Of a stretch of DNA of 64,000 nt, positions 63,509 to 64,000 are shown one piece after another (position 1 is the first letter of the stretch; every line of letters begins with the position of its first letter). Source of the DNA: an uncultured virus (IMG/VR IMGVR_UViG_3300031111_000236). Lineage: Duplodnaviria > Heunggongvirae > Uroviricota > Caudoviricetes. The stretch is taken from IMG/VR virus record IMGVR_UViG_3300031111_000236, one strand, 5' to 3'. The notes below the pieces were generated by a model. It worked only from the letters and a program-made list of their open reading frames with translations. It was not told the origin of the DNA and did not search any database. The position numbers and the translations under genes were made by a program.

Positions 63509-64000
63509 GTGAGCAAATTGACAGGCGACAACCAAAGAAAAAGCAACAAGAAGCAAGAGTTTTTCCTTCGTGGGTACTGCGTGCTGAAAGGTATCGGGAA
63601 GAACACCGACAAGTTCCAAGTGTGCCGAGTAGGTGACTGCCAGAAATCTGCGAAATCTGCAAAAGGCACTCTTCTCATAAACATCTACCATCAGAAAAGG
63701 GAAGAAATGCCTGACTCCATAGAGGATGCCAAAAAGGAGATTCTCAAAATGGCCGCAGATGACAAGTACTGCCAGAGAGTTATATCTGGTAGTCCCATAA
63801 CAAACGGCCACAGAGGAAGAGTAGTACCGATAGTTTTCGGTACGACAGAACTTCTTTACGTTACTCACAAGGAAGCCTGTGATGAGGCTGGTGTGGAGTT
63901 CGACAGAGACGCAAGCAAGAACGCTGATTGGGACGATATGGCGCACTATTTCCTCTACAGCACCACAAGGATGGTCGTGGGTTCCAGGATAAAGAAGAGC
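63509..64000 (+). CDS. Hypothetical protein, truncated by window end (not in ORF track)
   Basis: GTG start about 25 nt after TTTAAATA; 164 codons open to the window end (MSKLTGDNQRK...). Confidence 0.6.
   Translation, partial: MSKLTGDNQRKSNKKQEFFLRGYCVLKGIGKNTDKFQVCRVGDCQKSAKSAKGTLLINIYHQKREEMPDSIEDAKKEILKMAADDKYCQRVISGSPITNGHRGRVVPIVFGTTELLYVTHKEACDEAGVEFDRDASKNADWDDMAHYFLYSTTRMVVGSRIKKS

Noticed and set aside
63442..63946. Minus-strand ORFs at the window end
   Set aside because: An uninterrupted + strand frame from 63509 with an upstream TATA box explains the region better

Overview
This window looks like part of a large archaeal virus or other large archaeal extrachromosomal element. Evidence: TATA-type promoters, GGTGA Shine-Dalgarno sites, archaeal tRNA identity elements, almost all genes on the + strand, mostly ORFans, and no core chromosomal genes. 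I recognised no capsid, terminase or polymerase. Positions 1-40 kb encode secreted and membrane glycoproteins (six share a C-terminal GWNL module), two MoxR AAA+ ATPases with two VWA/HEXXH partners, proteases and an ATPase-nuclease fusion. Fourteen otherwise unrelated proteins across the window share an N-terminal G(W/F)xx(D/N/E)PxRHGLSxRGI leader. Positions 50.6-62.4 kb hold 31 intron-less tRNA genes in three clusters with non-overlapping amino-acid sets, several tRNA-like or structured RNAs, a solo TnpB, and a DHH / nucleotidyltransferase / HNH-RNA-ligase module. Headline finding: each tRNA cluster is preceded by a promoter and a 21-27 codon leader ORF. Its codons are mostly those of the amino acids served by that cluster, it samples the synonymous codons, and its 5' end can pair with the sequence just after its stop. 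This is a candidate ribosome-sensed attenuation system that would switch on replacement tRNAs when the matching host tRNAs run low. All calls were made by eye, without database searches.
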